A DNA stretch of 64,000 nt from Myxococcota bacterium (GTDB lineage: Bacteria; Myxococcota_A; SURF-8), in NCBI GenBank assembly GCA_965140415.1, contig OZ223209.1, forward strand, positions 3,296,001 to 3,360,000, in the 5' to 3' direction. The position numbers and the translations under genes were made by a program. The notes beneath the pieces are model-generated. The model made no database searches. It was not told where the DNA came from and was given only the letters and a program-made list of their open reading frames with translations. Position 1 is the first letter of the stretch. Each line of letters opens with the position of its first letter. Positions 20,582 through 29,909 of this stretch are shown piece by piece.

Positions 20582-23266
20582 ATGAACGAATCTAAAATCG
20601 TATATCTTGTCGATGTCAGCGGCTACATCTTCCGCGCCTATCACGCCATTCGTGGTGGACTGACAACCGCAAGCGGTCTGCCAACCAACGCCGTCTACGG
20701 CTTCACGCAGATGTTGATCAAACTGATCAAGGACGAGCAGCCGAGCCACTTGGTGCCGGTCTTCGATGTATCCCGTATTTCTTTCCGACAGGATCTTTAT
20801 CCTGCTTACAAGGCGAATCGCCCCGATCCGCCAGAGGATCTGGCTCCGCAATTTCCCTTGGTGCGAGAAGTCGTTCGAGCATTCCGCCTGCCCCCAGTGG
20901 AAAAAGAAGGATTTGAAGCGGATGACGTCATCGGCACATTGTGTAAGCTCCTTACCAAGGAAGGCCATCAGGTCAAAGTCGTCACCAGCGATAAAGACAT
21001 GATGCAATTGGTAAATGATTCCGTAAGTTTATTGGACACATGGAAAAACAAGCGAATTTCGTTTGCAGAAGTGGAAAAACGTTTCGGAGTTAGCCCGGAC
21101 AAAGTAATCGATGTACTGGGGCTTGCAGGCGACACCAGCGACAACGTCCCTGGCGTTCCGGGAGTCGGAGAAAAGACAGCCAGTAGCTTGATTCAGCAAT
21201 TCGGTTCAGTAGAGGCCGTTTTGGAAAACATAGATGCCATTTCCGGCAAGAAACGCAAGGAGAACCTGACCGAGTTTGCCGATCAAGCTCGCTTAAGCAA
21301 ACAACTGGTGACGATCCGCACCGATGTACCGCTCGATTTCAATCTGGACAATTACCTTGTACAGGCTCCGGATCCGGAACTGGCGACCGAATTGTTCGAG
21401 AGGCTGGAATTCAGCTCGCTATTACAAGCCTTCGAGCTGGCCACACCTAAGAAAACGTTAGAAACGGACAACTACATCCTCGTCGATGACGAAACGAAGC
21501 TTCATAAGATGGTACAATACTTCGAAAAGCAATCGTTGATCGCTTTCGACACCGAAACCAACACCACAGACACCCTCGCCGACTCTCCACTGGTCGGATT
21601 ATCCTTTTCCGTTGAAAAAGGGAATACCTATTACGTGCCGGTAGCTCACAGTCTTCCCAACGTGAAGCAAGTAAACAAAAACCAGGCATTGCAATCGCTA
21701 ACCAATCTTTTCGCAGATCCTGACAAAACCTGGATCATGCAGAACGCCAAATTCGATATTGAAATCATGCGAACGGAGGGAGTTGAATTCGCCGGGACGG
21801 TAGAGGACACCATGCTGTTGTCCTACGTGCTAAACCCTGCGAGACGCGGACATGGCCTGGATGCACTTGCACAGGAATGGCTGAACCACCAGATGATCAG
21901 CTATCAACAAGTCGCGGGCAAAGGAAAAGACCAGGTCACATTCGACCAGGTGGACACCAAGACCGCCTGTCGTTACTCCGGCGAAGACGCCGATGCCACC
22001 GCTCGCCTATTCGGTCTTCTCAGCAAACAGGTAAAAGAGGCCAAACTCTGGTCGTTATATGAAGACATCGAGCGACCTCTTGTAACGGTGCTGGCAAAAA
22101 TGGAGCGAACCGGAGTTCTTGTAGACAAGCAGGCACTTGAAAAGCTTACGAATGAGTTCGATCATTTGATTGCCGGTATGGAAACGGAAATTTACGATCT
22201 GGCGGGAGAAACATTCAACATCAACAGTACACAGCAATTGGGTGTTATTTTATTTGAGCGGCTCGGTCTACCCAAAGGCCGAAAAACCAAAACGGGTTAC
22301 TCTACGGATTCAACGGTTTTGGAAAAGCTTGCAGGCAAGCATCCCCTACCCCGCCTGATTCTCGATTATCGCCAGGCCGCCAAACTGCGTAGTACCTACA
22401 CAGACGCGCTGGTAAAATTGATCAACCCCAAAACCGGACGCATTCACAGCTCTTTCAACCAGACGGTAGCCATGACAGGCAGACTCAGTTCTTCCGATCC
22501 CAATCTCCAGAACATCCCCGTACGCACGGAGAGCGGACGTATGATCCGCCGGGCCTTCATCCCCCAGCCAGGCTTTACCATGCTCAGTGCCGATTACTCA
22601 CAAATTGAACTGCGCATCCTTGCACACCTGAGTAAAGATGAAATCCTGCTGCGCTCTTTCAATCACGACGAAGACGTGCATACCCGTACCGCCGCAGAAG
22701 TTTTCGACACCATGGCTCCCATGGTAGATCGCGAAATGCGTCGTCGAGCCAAAGCGGTCAATTTCGGCATCGTGTACGGTCAGAGTCCGTATGGCTTAAG
22801 CGAATCACTGGGAATTCCACTGCGCGAAGCCAAGACGATCATTGATAACTACTTTGAACGCTATAGTGGGGTGAAGGACTACATCGAGGAACATCAACAA
22901 CAAGCACGCAAAGAAAAAGTGGTTCAGACGCTTTTCGGTCGCCGAATTCCTCTGCTCGACATCGACTCGTCCAACGCCTCCCAACGCGCCTATGCGGAAC
23001 GAGTCGCCATCAACGCTCCCATTCAGGGCAGCGCAGCCGATATCATCAAAATCGCGATGTTGCGTATCGACAGCGAATTATCCAGGCAAAAACTGCAAAG
23101 CAGGATGTTGATGCAAGTTCATGATGAACTGATCTTCGAAATACTGGAAAACGAACTGGAGAGCATGAAGGAACTGGTGGTTCGGGAAATGATGCAAGCC
23201 GCCCAGTTGGATGTCCCACTTAAAGTGGATGTCGGCCTGGGAAACAACTGGGACGAAGCCCATTGA
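20582..23266 (+). CDS. polA: DNA polymerase I
   Basis: 5'-3' exonuclease (YKANR, EADDVIG), 3'-5' exonuclease (FDTET), polymerase motifs DYSQIELR, AKAVNFGIVYG, QVHDEL. Confidence 0.98.
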   Translation: MNESKIVYLVDVSGYIFRAYHAIRGGLTTASGLPTNAVYGFTQMLIKLIKDEQPSHLVPVFDVSRISFRQDLYPAYKANRPDPPEDLAPQFPLVREVVRAFRLPPVEKEGFEADDVIGTLCKLLTKEGHQVKVVTSDKDMMQLVNDSVSLLDTWKNKRISFAEVEKRFGVSPDKVIDVLGLAGDTSDNVPGVPGVGEKTASSLIQQFGSVEAVLENIDAISGKKRKENLTEFADQARLSKQLVTIRTDVPLDFNLDNYLVQAPDPELATELFERLEFSSLLQAFELATPKKTLETDNYILVDDETKLHKMVQYFEKQSLIAFDTETNTTDTLADSPLVGLSFSVEKGNTYYVPVAHSLPNVKQVNKNQALQSLTNLFADPDKTWIMQNAKFDIEIMRTEGVEFAGTVEDTMLLSYVLNPARRGHGLDALAQEWLNHQMISYQQVAGKGKDQVTFDQVDTKTACRYSGEDADATARLFGLLSKQVKEAKLWSLYEDIERPLVTVLAKMERTGVLVDKQALEKLTNEFDHLIAGMETEIYDLAGETFNINSTQQLGVILFERLGLPKGRKTKTGYSTDSTVLEKLAGKHPLPRLILDYRQAAKLRSTYTDALVKLINPKTGRIHSSFNQTVAMTGRLSSSDPNLQNIPVRTESGRMIRRAFIPQPGFTMLSADYSQIELRILAHLSKDEILLRSFNHDEDVHTRTAAEVFDTMAPMVDREMRRRAKAVNFGIVYGQSPYGLSESLGIPLREAKTIIDNYFERYSGVKDYIEEHQQQARKEKVVQTLFGRRIPLLDIDSSNASQRAYAERVAINAPIQGSAADIIKIAMLRIDSELSRQKLQSRMLMQVHDELIFEILENELESMKELVVREMMQAAQLDVPLKVDVGLGNNWDEAH

Positions 23267-23414
23267 TTGCTTGATGGTTACACCAGCCCCACGTGGTAAA
23301 TCCTCTTGCCAGAAGTTTATGTAGCGATTACCTTCAGAACCAACTTTGCCCTGCCCCCCGAAAACTGGACAACTGATGTGTTAGAATCCCTGTACGATTC
23401 AAGGAGGGATTCTG

Positions 23415-23684
23415 ATGAAGGGAAAGCGATTTTCGGACGAGCAGATAGTAACGATCTTGAAGGAAGCGGAGTGTAAGACCTCGACGGTGCAGGAGATCTG
23501 CCGCAAGCATGGAGTGTCGGAGCAATCGTTCTATCGTTGGCACAAGAAATTCGGCGGCCTGTCGGTTTCGGAGACGAAGCGGCTCAAGGATCTTGAAAAG
23601 GAAAATGCCCGCTTGAAACGGCTTCTGGCCGAGCGGGATCTGGAACTCGACGTGGCTAAGGAACTCTTGGAAAAAAACTGGTGA
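23415..23684 (+). CDS. IS3 transposase OrfA
   Basis: RFSDEQIVTIL, CRKHGVSEQSFYRW, LEKENARLKRL; A7 slippery run at 23671-77 for a -1 frameshift. Confidence 0.92.
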   Translation: MKGKRFSDEQIVTILKEAECKTSTVQEICRKHGVSEQSFYRWHKKFGGLSVSETKRLKDLEKENARLKRLLAERDLELDVAKELLEKNW

Positions 23685-24535
23685 AGGCGGCGCATCGCCG
23701 GTGCGCGGTGGATCACGCGGTCTCACGTGGTCTGTCCGTACGGCGGGGGGCTGCCTTGGTTCATTTGCAACGATCCACGTACTATTACAAGGCCCATCCG
23801 CGTGACGATTCGGCCCTGGCGGCCCGACTGAAAGCGATTTCAGAAGACGAGCCGCGCTTCGGTTATCGCCGGGCCTGGGGCGTGATGTATCGAAGGGAAA
23901 TCGTCAATCTGAAACGGGTCTATCGGGTGTGGCGGGATCTGGAGCTTTGCCTGCCGAGGCACAAGCCGCGCAAGAAAAAGAAAACGAAGTCGGCGGGCCT
24001 GCCGGTCAAGGCAGAGTGTCCGAACCACGTATGGACCTACGATTTCATGTTCGATTCGCTTAGCAACGGCAGGCGGATCAAGCTGTTGACGGTGGAGGAC
24101 GAGTACACGCGGGAAGGCTTGGCGATCCATGTGGATCGTGGCATCAAGTCGGACGATCTGATCTGCATTCTGGATGACCTGTTCAATCAATACGGGAATC
24201 CCGCCTTTATCCGTAGCGACAATGGTCCTGAATTCATTGCCGAGAAGTTGAAGACGTGGCTTACCAAACGCGGGACGGACATGCTGCACATCGACGCGGG
24301 CAGTCCCTGGCAAAACGGTTTCATCGAAAGTTTCAAATCGAAGGTGCGCGACGAACATTTGAACATGGAGATTTTCCTGACCTTACGCGAGGCGCAGGTG
24401 AAAACGGAAATGTGGCGCAGAAAATACAACACGTACCGCCCGCACAGCAGTATGGCGTATCGAACGCCGCAGGAGGAACGGCAGCGTTTCTTCTCGGGGG
24501 CTCTGCCCCCTAACCCCCGGAGTTTAGCGCTTTAA
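23681..24535 (+). CDS. IS3 transposase OrfB (DDE catalytic domain)
   Basis: WTYDF, IRSDNGPEF, PWQNGFIESF, YNTYRPHSS. Confidence 0.93.
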   Translation: MKAAHRRCAVDHAVSRGLSVRRGAALVHLQRSTYYYKAHPRDDSALAARLKAISEDEPRFGYRRAWGVMYRREIVNLKRVYRVWRDLELCLPRHKPRKKKKTKSAGLPVKAECPNHVWTYDFMFDSLSNGRRIKLLTVEDEYTREGLAIHVDRGIKSDDLICILDDLFNQYGNPAFIRSDNGPEFIAEKLKTWLTKRGTDMLHIDAGSPWQNGFIESFKSKVRDEHLNMEIFLTLREAQVKTEMWRRKYNTYRPHSSMAYRTPQEERQRFFSGALPPNPRSLAL

Positions 24536-25065
24536 CGGACTCCGAAGGAACAGAAAAAAGAAAGGACAGACCTCAATCGTCTGTCCCTCCGTCGTCCACC
24601 CGTCCGGCGCTCGGGTCGCTCTCCAGCGGAGCCCTATCCTCCGGGCGGGGATGGCCAGTGTACCACGAAAAAGATGATTGGAAAGGCAACTTGTGCTACG
24701 ATTCAAACAGTCGAGCCGCATGGCTCATTCTCAACCCGGATTCTAACTCGTCAAGTGGTCCATACAACGGGGAGCAAAGCAGATCGGGAGGCACCCTCTT
24801 ACATTTTTCATATCACCAAAATCTATACCCGCATGGGAAGGGGTTCCGGCTTTCTGGGAGACGGGAAACAGAAAAGCTTTGGTAGGAGAAGGTTCATCCA
24901 TGACTCGATACGGGCCACTGAGGGGCAGGTCCAGCGATAAGGGAGAGGATGCACAGAATACTGACTCTTCCTAATTATATTTCTTGTTAATTCCCTCCCC
25001 TGTGCTAATCTACTTTCACCTTCACATGTATTTGTCTAAATCATTTCGCGCCAAGGAAGTGAACG

Positions 25066-25599
25066 ATGATGCGTACAAGTCGTATTTTGATGTTGTGTGC
25101 CCTGCTTTCAGTATTAGTGTTGACCGGTTGTAGCTCAGAAGGCAGTTCTGTTTCCGATGCGGATGGAGATCAGGAGTCCATGGACGCTGATACTGTTGGT
25201 GGCGACGCGCCCGATGGTGATGAGATTGACGGAGATACGACCGACAGTGATCTACCCGAAGCAGACATTACCGATGGTGATGATATCGACGGAGATATGG
25301 CCGATGGCGACATTACCGATGGTGATCTTACCGATGGCGATGCGCTTGACGGTGACGAACCCACCGACGGGGACATGAGCGACGGGGATGTGGAAATGGA
25401 TGGAGACGGAGCCGAATGCGATATAGAAACGACTTCTGCGCAAGCCGCCCCGTCCTTCAGCGGTTTTGCGGCGTCCGGCGGTTCCGCTGCGAATGCCGAT
25501 TACCACCTGACCTTCCGGCTGGCTCCGGCTGCCTTGACGATAAAAGCCGCAAACAGCGACTTCCGTTTGGATGCCACGATTACACCGAAATCGAATTGA
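25066..25599 (+). CDS. Small lipoprotein composed mostly of DGD repeats
   Basis: Lipobox LTGC; about 13 DGD-like units; short C-terminal beta region. Confidence 0.75.
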   Translation: MMRTSRILMLCALLSVLVLTGCSSEGSSVSDADGDQESMDADTVGGDAPDGDEIDGDTTDSDLPEADITDGDDIDGDMADGDITDGDLTDGDALDGDEPTDGDMSDGDVEMDGDGAECDIETTSAQAAPSFSGFAASGGSAANADYHLTFRLAPAALTIKAANSDFRLDATITPKSN

Positions 25600-25619
25600 T
25601 CGAGAAGGGATAGAACGCC

Positions 25620-27437
25620 ATGAATAAGGCTCTTGTTTTTGTGCTAAGTGCATTCATTCTGTTTTCGTCCGTTCCGGCATTGGCCGACGTGCCCACGTCG
25701 ATGCAGTTTCAGGGTTTCCTGACGGACGCCGAAGGCGATCCACTGAATGGGATGTTCCCCATCACCATCACCTTGTACGGCTCGACCGATGGCGATGATG
25801 CGGTCTGGACGGACACGCAGAATGTGGCGCTCGAACAAGGAGCATTTACCGCGACCCTGGGCGGTATACAAAACCCGCTGGACTCCAACATCTTCGGTGA
25901 CGCTCCGCTGTGGCTAGGTGTAACCGTGGGTGATGGTGAAGAACTCTCCCCCCGCTCACCGATATCAAGCATGCCGTATGCCACGAAAGCGGCGGTGGCG
26001 GACAATGCCACGGGCGACATCACCCCCAATTCGGTAACAGTAGGCGATTCGACCATCATCGATGAAAGCGGTGCCTGGGTTGGCGAAATTGCAGGCTTGC
26101 AGGGAGTTCAGGGTGAACAAGGAGTTCAAGGCGAACAGGGCGAGCAGGGGCCTCAAGGGGATGCAGGTCAAAGCGTTACCGGCATGTCACTTGGATTAGA
26201 CGATCCGAACTGCCCATACGGCGGAGTCGCCTACGCATCTGCTTCGGGCACCGATCATGTCTGCAATGGTGAACCGGGTGCTGAAGGCCCCACCGGTTCA
26301 AAAGGTGATAAAGGCGATCAAGGCGATACCGGGCCTCGTGGGTTTCCGGCCATGCCGTCTACACAGATACCGCGGAATAATATTGTTACTATTCTGTACA
26401 ATGCAAATATAGAGGCAACATCAATTACCATCGGCTCTGATGGGTTGCCGGTCATTTCATTCGTGAATGACGATAGACAGCTTTTCGTCACCCATTGCGA
26501 CGATATCGACTGCACGACAAGTACAACAAGCACACTGGATGACCGTAGTGTAAGTGGGTATTATACGTCCATCGCCATCGGTACGAACGGATATCCTGTG
26601 GTTGCCCAGTATATCAAAGAATATGGCAATGTTGCTGTCCGTCTATGTCATGATGTGGCCTGTGAAACATCTACAAATAAGAATTTGAACACTGGTGGCG
26701 ATGATGTCGGAGCATATCTATCTCTGGCCATTGGTGTGGATGGCAAGCCTATTGCTTCTTATTACAATGCAACCGACGGAAGCCTTCAGGTTTCCCATTG
26801 CGATGACTCAAACTGCGAAAGTTTCACCAGCACCGTCATCGACAATACGGCAGCGGAAGTCGGGAAGGGGACATCAATCACTATCGGAATCGATGGATTG
26901 CCCATTATTGCGTATCTTGACAAAACAAATGGGTACCTAAAAACAGTCCATTGCTCGAATGTCGAATGCAATAGCAGCCTGTTCATTCGTACGTTGTCCA
27001 CCAGTGCAATCAGTGACCCCGCTATTACGATCGCTGCGGATGGTCTACCCATAGTCACAATGGTCAGCAGTCATACTGGATATGATAGAAGTTTGGGGCT
27101 TATTAAATGTAATTACATTTCCTGCAATGAAAGCGATGAAACAACTTGGACTAGCGGAACAGCTTCGGGACATGCCATCACAATCGGTGCGGATGGTTTG
27201 CCTATTGTTTCACTTTATCGCGCTTCTACAAACACATTGTCGGTCGCACATTTTGGTAATTCCGATACAATCAGCTACAGTTTCCCAACCGGTTCGGAAA
27301 ACGACGGCTATCACAGTTCTATAACAATCGGCGTGGATGGCTTGCCGGTTATATCGTATTTCAGTGCGTTGGCTCATAGGCTATGTGTCGTCAAGTGCGC
27401 CAATGCGTTTTGCGTGCCAAACTGGACTAGGCGGTAG
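25620..27437 (+). CDS. Secreted protein: N-terminal beta domain, collagen-like G-X-Y repeats, C-terminal repeat propeller
   Basis: Signal peptide; GVQGEQGVQGEQGEQGPQG; ~7 repeats of SI(T/A)IGxDGLPxIxY with Cys pairs. Confidence 0.75.
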   Translation: MNKALVFVLSAFILFSSVPALADVPTSMQFQGFLTDAEGDPLNGMFPITITLYGSTDGDDAVWTDTQNVALEQGAFTATLGGIQNPLDSNIFGDAPLWLGVTVGDGEELSPRSPISSMPYATKAAVADNATGDITPNSVTVGDSTIIDESGAWVGEIAGLQGVQGEQGVQGEQGEQGPQGDAGQSVTGMSLGLDDPNCPYGGVAYASASGTDHVCNGEPGAEGPTGSKGDKGDQGDTGPRGFPAMPSTQIPRNNIVTILYNANIEATSITIGSDGLPVISFVNDDRQLFVTHCDDIDCTTSTTSTLDDRSVSGYYTSIAIGTNGYPVVAQYIKEYGNVAVRLCHDVACETSTNKNLNTGGDDVGAYLSLAIGVDGKPIASYYNATDGSLQVSHCDDSNCESFTSTVIDNTAAEVGKGTSITIGIDGLPIIAYLDKTNGYLKTVHCSNVECNSSLFIRTLSTSAISDPAITIAADGLPIVTMVSSHTGYDRSLGLIKCNYISCNESDETTWTSGTASGHAITIGADGLPIVSLYRASTNTLSVAHFGNSDTISYSFPTGSENDGYHSSITIGVDGLPVISYFSALAHRLCVVKCANAFCVPNWTRR

Positions 27438-28047
27438 AAAATAAAATGCATAATGGCTCCTGCGCCGGGCTGGCATCGGCTTGGTCAACCTCACCTTCGA
27501 GATGCCCTATATGTGCCTGGGCAAGATCGAAAGAGAAGTTCTTGAGCGGAAATGAGAAATCGGTATCGCGATTTTGTAGTTTCTCAAGGCGCATCAAGGT
27601 GACTTCCGCCTGTGCGCTGAAATCGCCGAGTAGGTTGTTGATGGCTTTGCGTTCGATAAGCCCAACTATCTCACTTGCGTCATTCTCCAACTCATCTTCA
27701 GCATCGGTATCGGCATCACCATCCTCCGCCTCATCCCCACCAAGCAATCCTAGCAGGGAATTGATCGTACCGAGCCAGTCCTGGAACTGGATCAATACGA
27801 GACCCATCAAGGCTTGTGGGTGTTCAGAGTCACGAGACAGAAGGGTCAAAAAGGTATTCTGGGCCTCTCCGTAACTGGCGGAATCCATTTCTTCCAGCGC
27901 TTGTCTGGCCAGTTCCTCTATTGTCGGCTCGTTTGTATCCATATCTCCGTCGAGAGTTTCATTTTTGTCACTGGAACAGGAAGCAACAAGACTGATAAGA
28001 CAGGAAAGAAATAGAAAACGAATCAGGACGGTCAGTTTCGACGGCAT
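27427..28047 (-). CDS. Lipoprotein with TPR-like helices, possibly C-terminally truncated
   Basis: Lipobox VASC; DGD motifs; 3' end overlaps the convergent gene. Confidence 0.55.
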   Translation of the reverse strand: MPSKLTVLIRFLFLSCLISLVASCSSDKNETLDGDMDTNEPTIEELARQALEEMDSASYGEAQNTFLTLLSRDSEHPQALMGLVLIQFQDWLGTINSLLGLLGGDEAEDGDADTDAEDELENDASEIVGLIERKAINNLLGDFSAQAEVTLMRLEKLQNRDTDFSFPLKNFSFDLAQAHIGHLEGEVDQADASPAQEPLCILFSTA

Positions 28048-28259
28048 TTTGCATCCTTTAAGGAGGTGATTGCTGGAAGTTCAAATTACAATATTTGAAT
28101 ATCATGAACTCGCCGGAGGTTCAAGTTCGTATTAGATTATGCCTGATCTTGCAGCTCTCACATTCGTATTATGCGTAGATTATTCAGACTAAGGTATTGG
28201 GTAGAATGGTGAGCAAACAGGGAAAAATTCACGTGACCGATACGTGACCGCAACAAGAA

Positions 28260-28291
28260 ACAGCCACTCACGAAAAATCGTAAGTGGCTGT
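28260..28291 (-). terminator. Hairpin immediately 3' of the tRNA fragment
   Basis: acagccactcacga-aaaa-tcgtaagtggctgt. Confidence 0.55.
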
Positions 28292-28297
28292 AATTAC

Positions 28298-28345
28298 TGG
28301 TCGGGGCGACTGGATTTGAACCAGCGACCACCTGAACCCCATTCA
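28298..28345 (-). tRNA. 3' 48-nt fragment of tRNA-Pro(GGG); att site, not a complete tRNA
   Basis: TGAATGGGGTTCAGGTGGTCGCTGGTTCAAATCCAGTCGCCCCGACCA has anticodon loop, T-arm and CCA; D-arm and 5' acceptor strand absent. Confidence 0.9.
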
Positions 28346-28523
28346 TGAAAACAACCTGTCACCAAGTGCTATGTAGTTGTATATACAGCTAATATCACTT
28401 GACTTCTGAAAAGTCAAATGATACCTATTGCTATGGAATTCGATGAAACGACTTGACTTATACTTGACTCAGATTGCCCGGACACCCCAAAATCGCCGAT
28501 TTGAGTCAAGTGGAGGTTGGCAG

Positions 28524-29753
28524 ATGAAGAAAGAAGCGAAAAGGGTAAAGTTAACAGAGGGTTTGATCCGCAACTGCACCTATGAAGGTGAAGGCGGGGA
28601 GAAGAATCGTAAGGTCATCCTCTGGGATACCGAACTCAACGGGCTGGGACTTCGACTGTACCCGTCTGGCCGAAAAAGCTTCATCCTGCGTTATCCGAAG
28701 CCGGGGAAGGCCACTCAGAGCTCCCTGATGACCCTGGGCGAATGGACGCAGGGGCACAAGTCCCTATCGCTATATCAGGCAAGGGAGATCGCCGGTCGGA
28801 TTCGGACGCAGGTATTCGCCGGTGAGGACCCTAAAAAGAAGGTTGAGCAAGGAAAACCTTTCAAGGAATTGTCGGCAAAGTTCATTGAGGATTATGCTAA
28901 GGAGCGAAAGAGATCCTGGAAGGACGATCAGTATCGTCTCGATAAGTACATCCTGCCAGCCCTAGGAGAGAAGCCGATTGCCGAGATCACTGATGACGAC
29001 GTGGACAAGTTAATCACGGACGTCGGAAAGCAGCATAAGACCGTCGCCAATCGGATCCTGGCGCTTCTCTCGGTAATGTTCAACAAGGCTCGCCTCTGGA
29101 AGATGGTGGATTCCACCCACCGAAACCCTTGTGAATTCATTGAACCTTTCACCGAGAAGGTGCGCGAACGGGTGCTTACCGAGGATGAACTGCTGCGTCT
29201 CTTCGAGGCGGCGGACAAGCACTTCGACCCGTACATTGGTCCTTTTCTGCGCCTCGTCTTTCTTACGGGAGCCCGGAAGAACGAAATCCTGCGGATGAAG
29301 TGGGAGCAGGTGGACTTCAAGGCCAACCGGATCCGGTTTGTCAATACCAAGAACAACCGGGACCACGTGATGCGGCCCGCTCCATTGGCCATGGCGATCC
29401 TGGAGCGCCTCGCGACGTTCCGTACGTCCGATCACCCATACATCTTTCCCGGCAAACTGCCAAACAAGCCGAGAACCAGCATCCAGAAGGCATGGCGAAC
29501 GATCTTGAAGGACGCCAAACTTGTAGATGTACGCACGCACGATCTTCGCCGAACCATGGCGACCTGGCTTTCCGAGCATGGCGCGACACCTTTCGATATC
29601 CAAGCCGTGTTGAATCAGAAGGATCCTTCCGTGATGCGGCACTACGTCCATCTTTCAGGTAACTCCACCGCGGCGCCGTTGTCCAAGATTGCTGAACGGT
29701 TGATGCAGATTGAGGGAAACGATGAGAACGGTGAAAATGGTAATGGGAGCTAA
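28524..29753 (+). CDS. P4-like tyrosine integrase with arm-binding domain
   Basis: GGAGG RBS; WDTELNGLGLRL..SGRKSF, TGARKNE, HDLRRT, catalytic Tyr in RHYVH. Confidence 0.93.
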   Translation: MKKEAKRVKLTEGLIRNCTYEGEGGEKNRKVILWDTELNGLGLRLYPSGRKSFILRYPKPGKATQSSLMTLGEWTQGHKSLSLYQAREIAGRIRTQVFAGEDPKKKVEQGKPFKELSAKFIEDYAKERKRSWKDDQYRLDKYILPALGEKPIAEITDDDVDKLITDVGKQHKTVANRILALLSVMFNKARLWKMVDSTHRNPCEFIEPFTEKVRERVLTEDELLRLFEAADKHFDPYIGPFLRLVFLTGARKNEILRMKWEQVDFKANRIRFVNTKNNRDHVMRPAPLAMAILERLATFRTSDHPYIFPGKLPNKPRTSIQKAWRTILKDAKLVDVRTHDLRRTMATWLSEHGATPFDIQAVLNQKDPSVMRHYVHLSGNSTAAPLSKIAERLMQIEGNDENGENGNGS

Positions 29754-29909
29754 GTTCCCGTATTGATAAGCAAATGCCACTGAATAAATTTATTCAATGG
29801 CCAATGAATAAACTAAGATTACGGCCAATTCCAGTGTCAGTGTTTATTATAAAAACATGCAATTATGCATTTGAAATGCATGATTGCAAGGCGAGCATCC
29901 GGGTTACAA

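Larger units (their letters stand above)
23347..24781 (+). mobile_element. IS3-family insertion sequence (IS407-group-like), ~1.43 kb
   Basis: IRL tgccctgccccccgaaaactggacaac..gttagaatcc matches IRR reverse complement tgctttgctccccgttgtatggaccac..gttagaatcc; orfA/orfB present; no clear target duplication. Confidence 0.88.

Noticed and set aside
24912-24933. Alternative IS right end (ggggcaggtcca)
   Set aside because: The end at 24781 matches IRL over ~45 bp; this short match may be a relic but cannot be supported
28298-28380. Complete tRNA-Pro gene
   Set aside because: The 5' half (acceptor 5' strand, D-arm) is absent; treated as an att duplication
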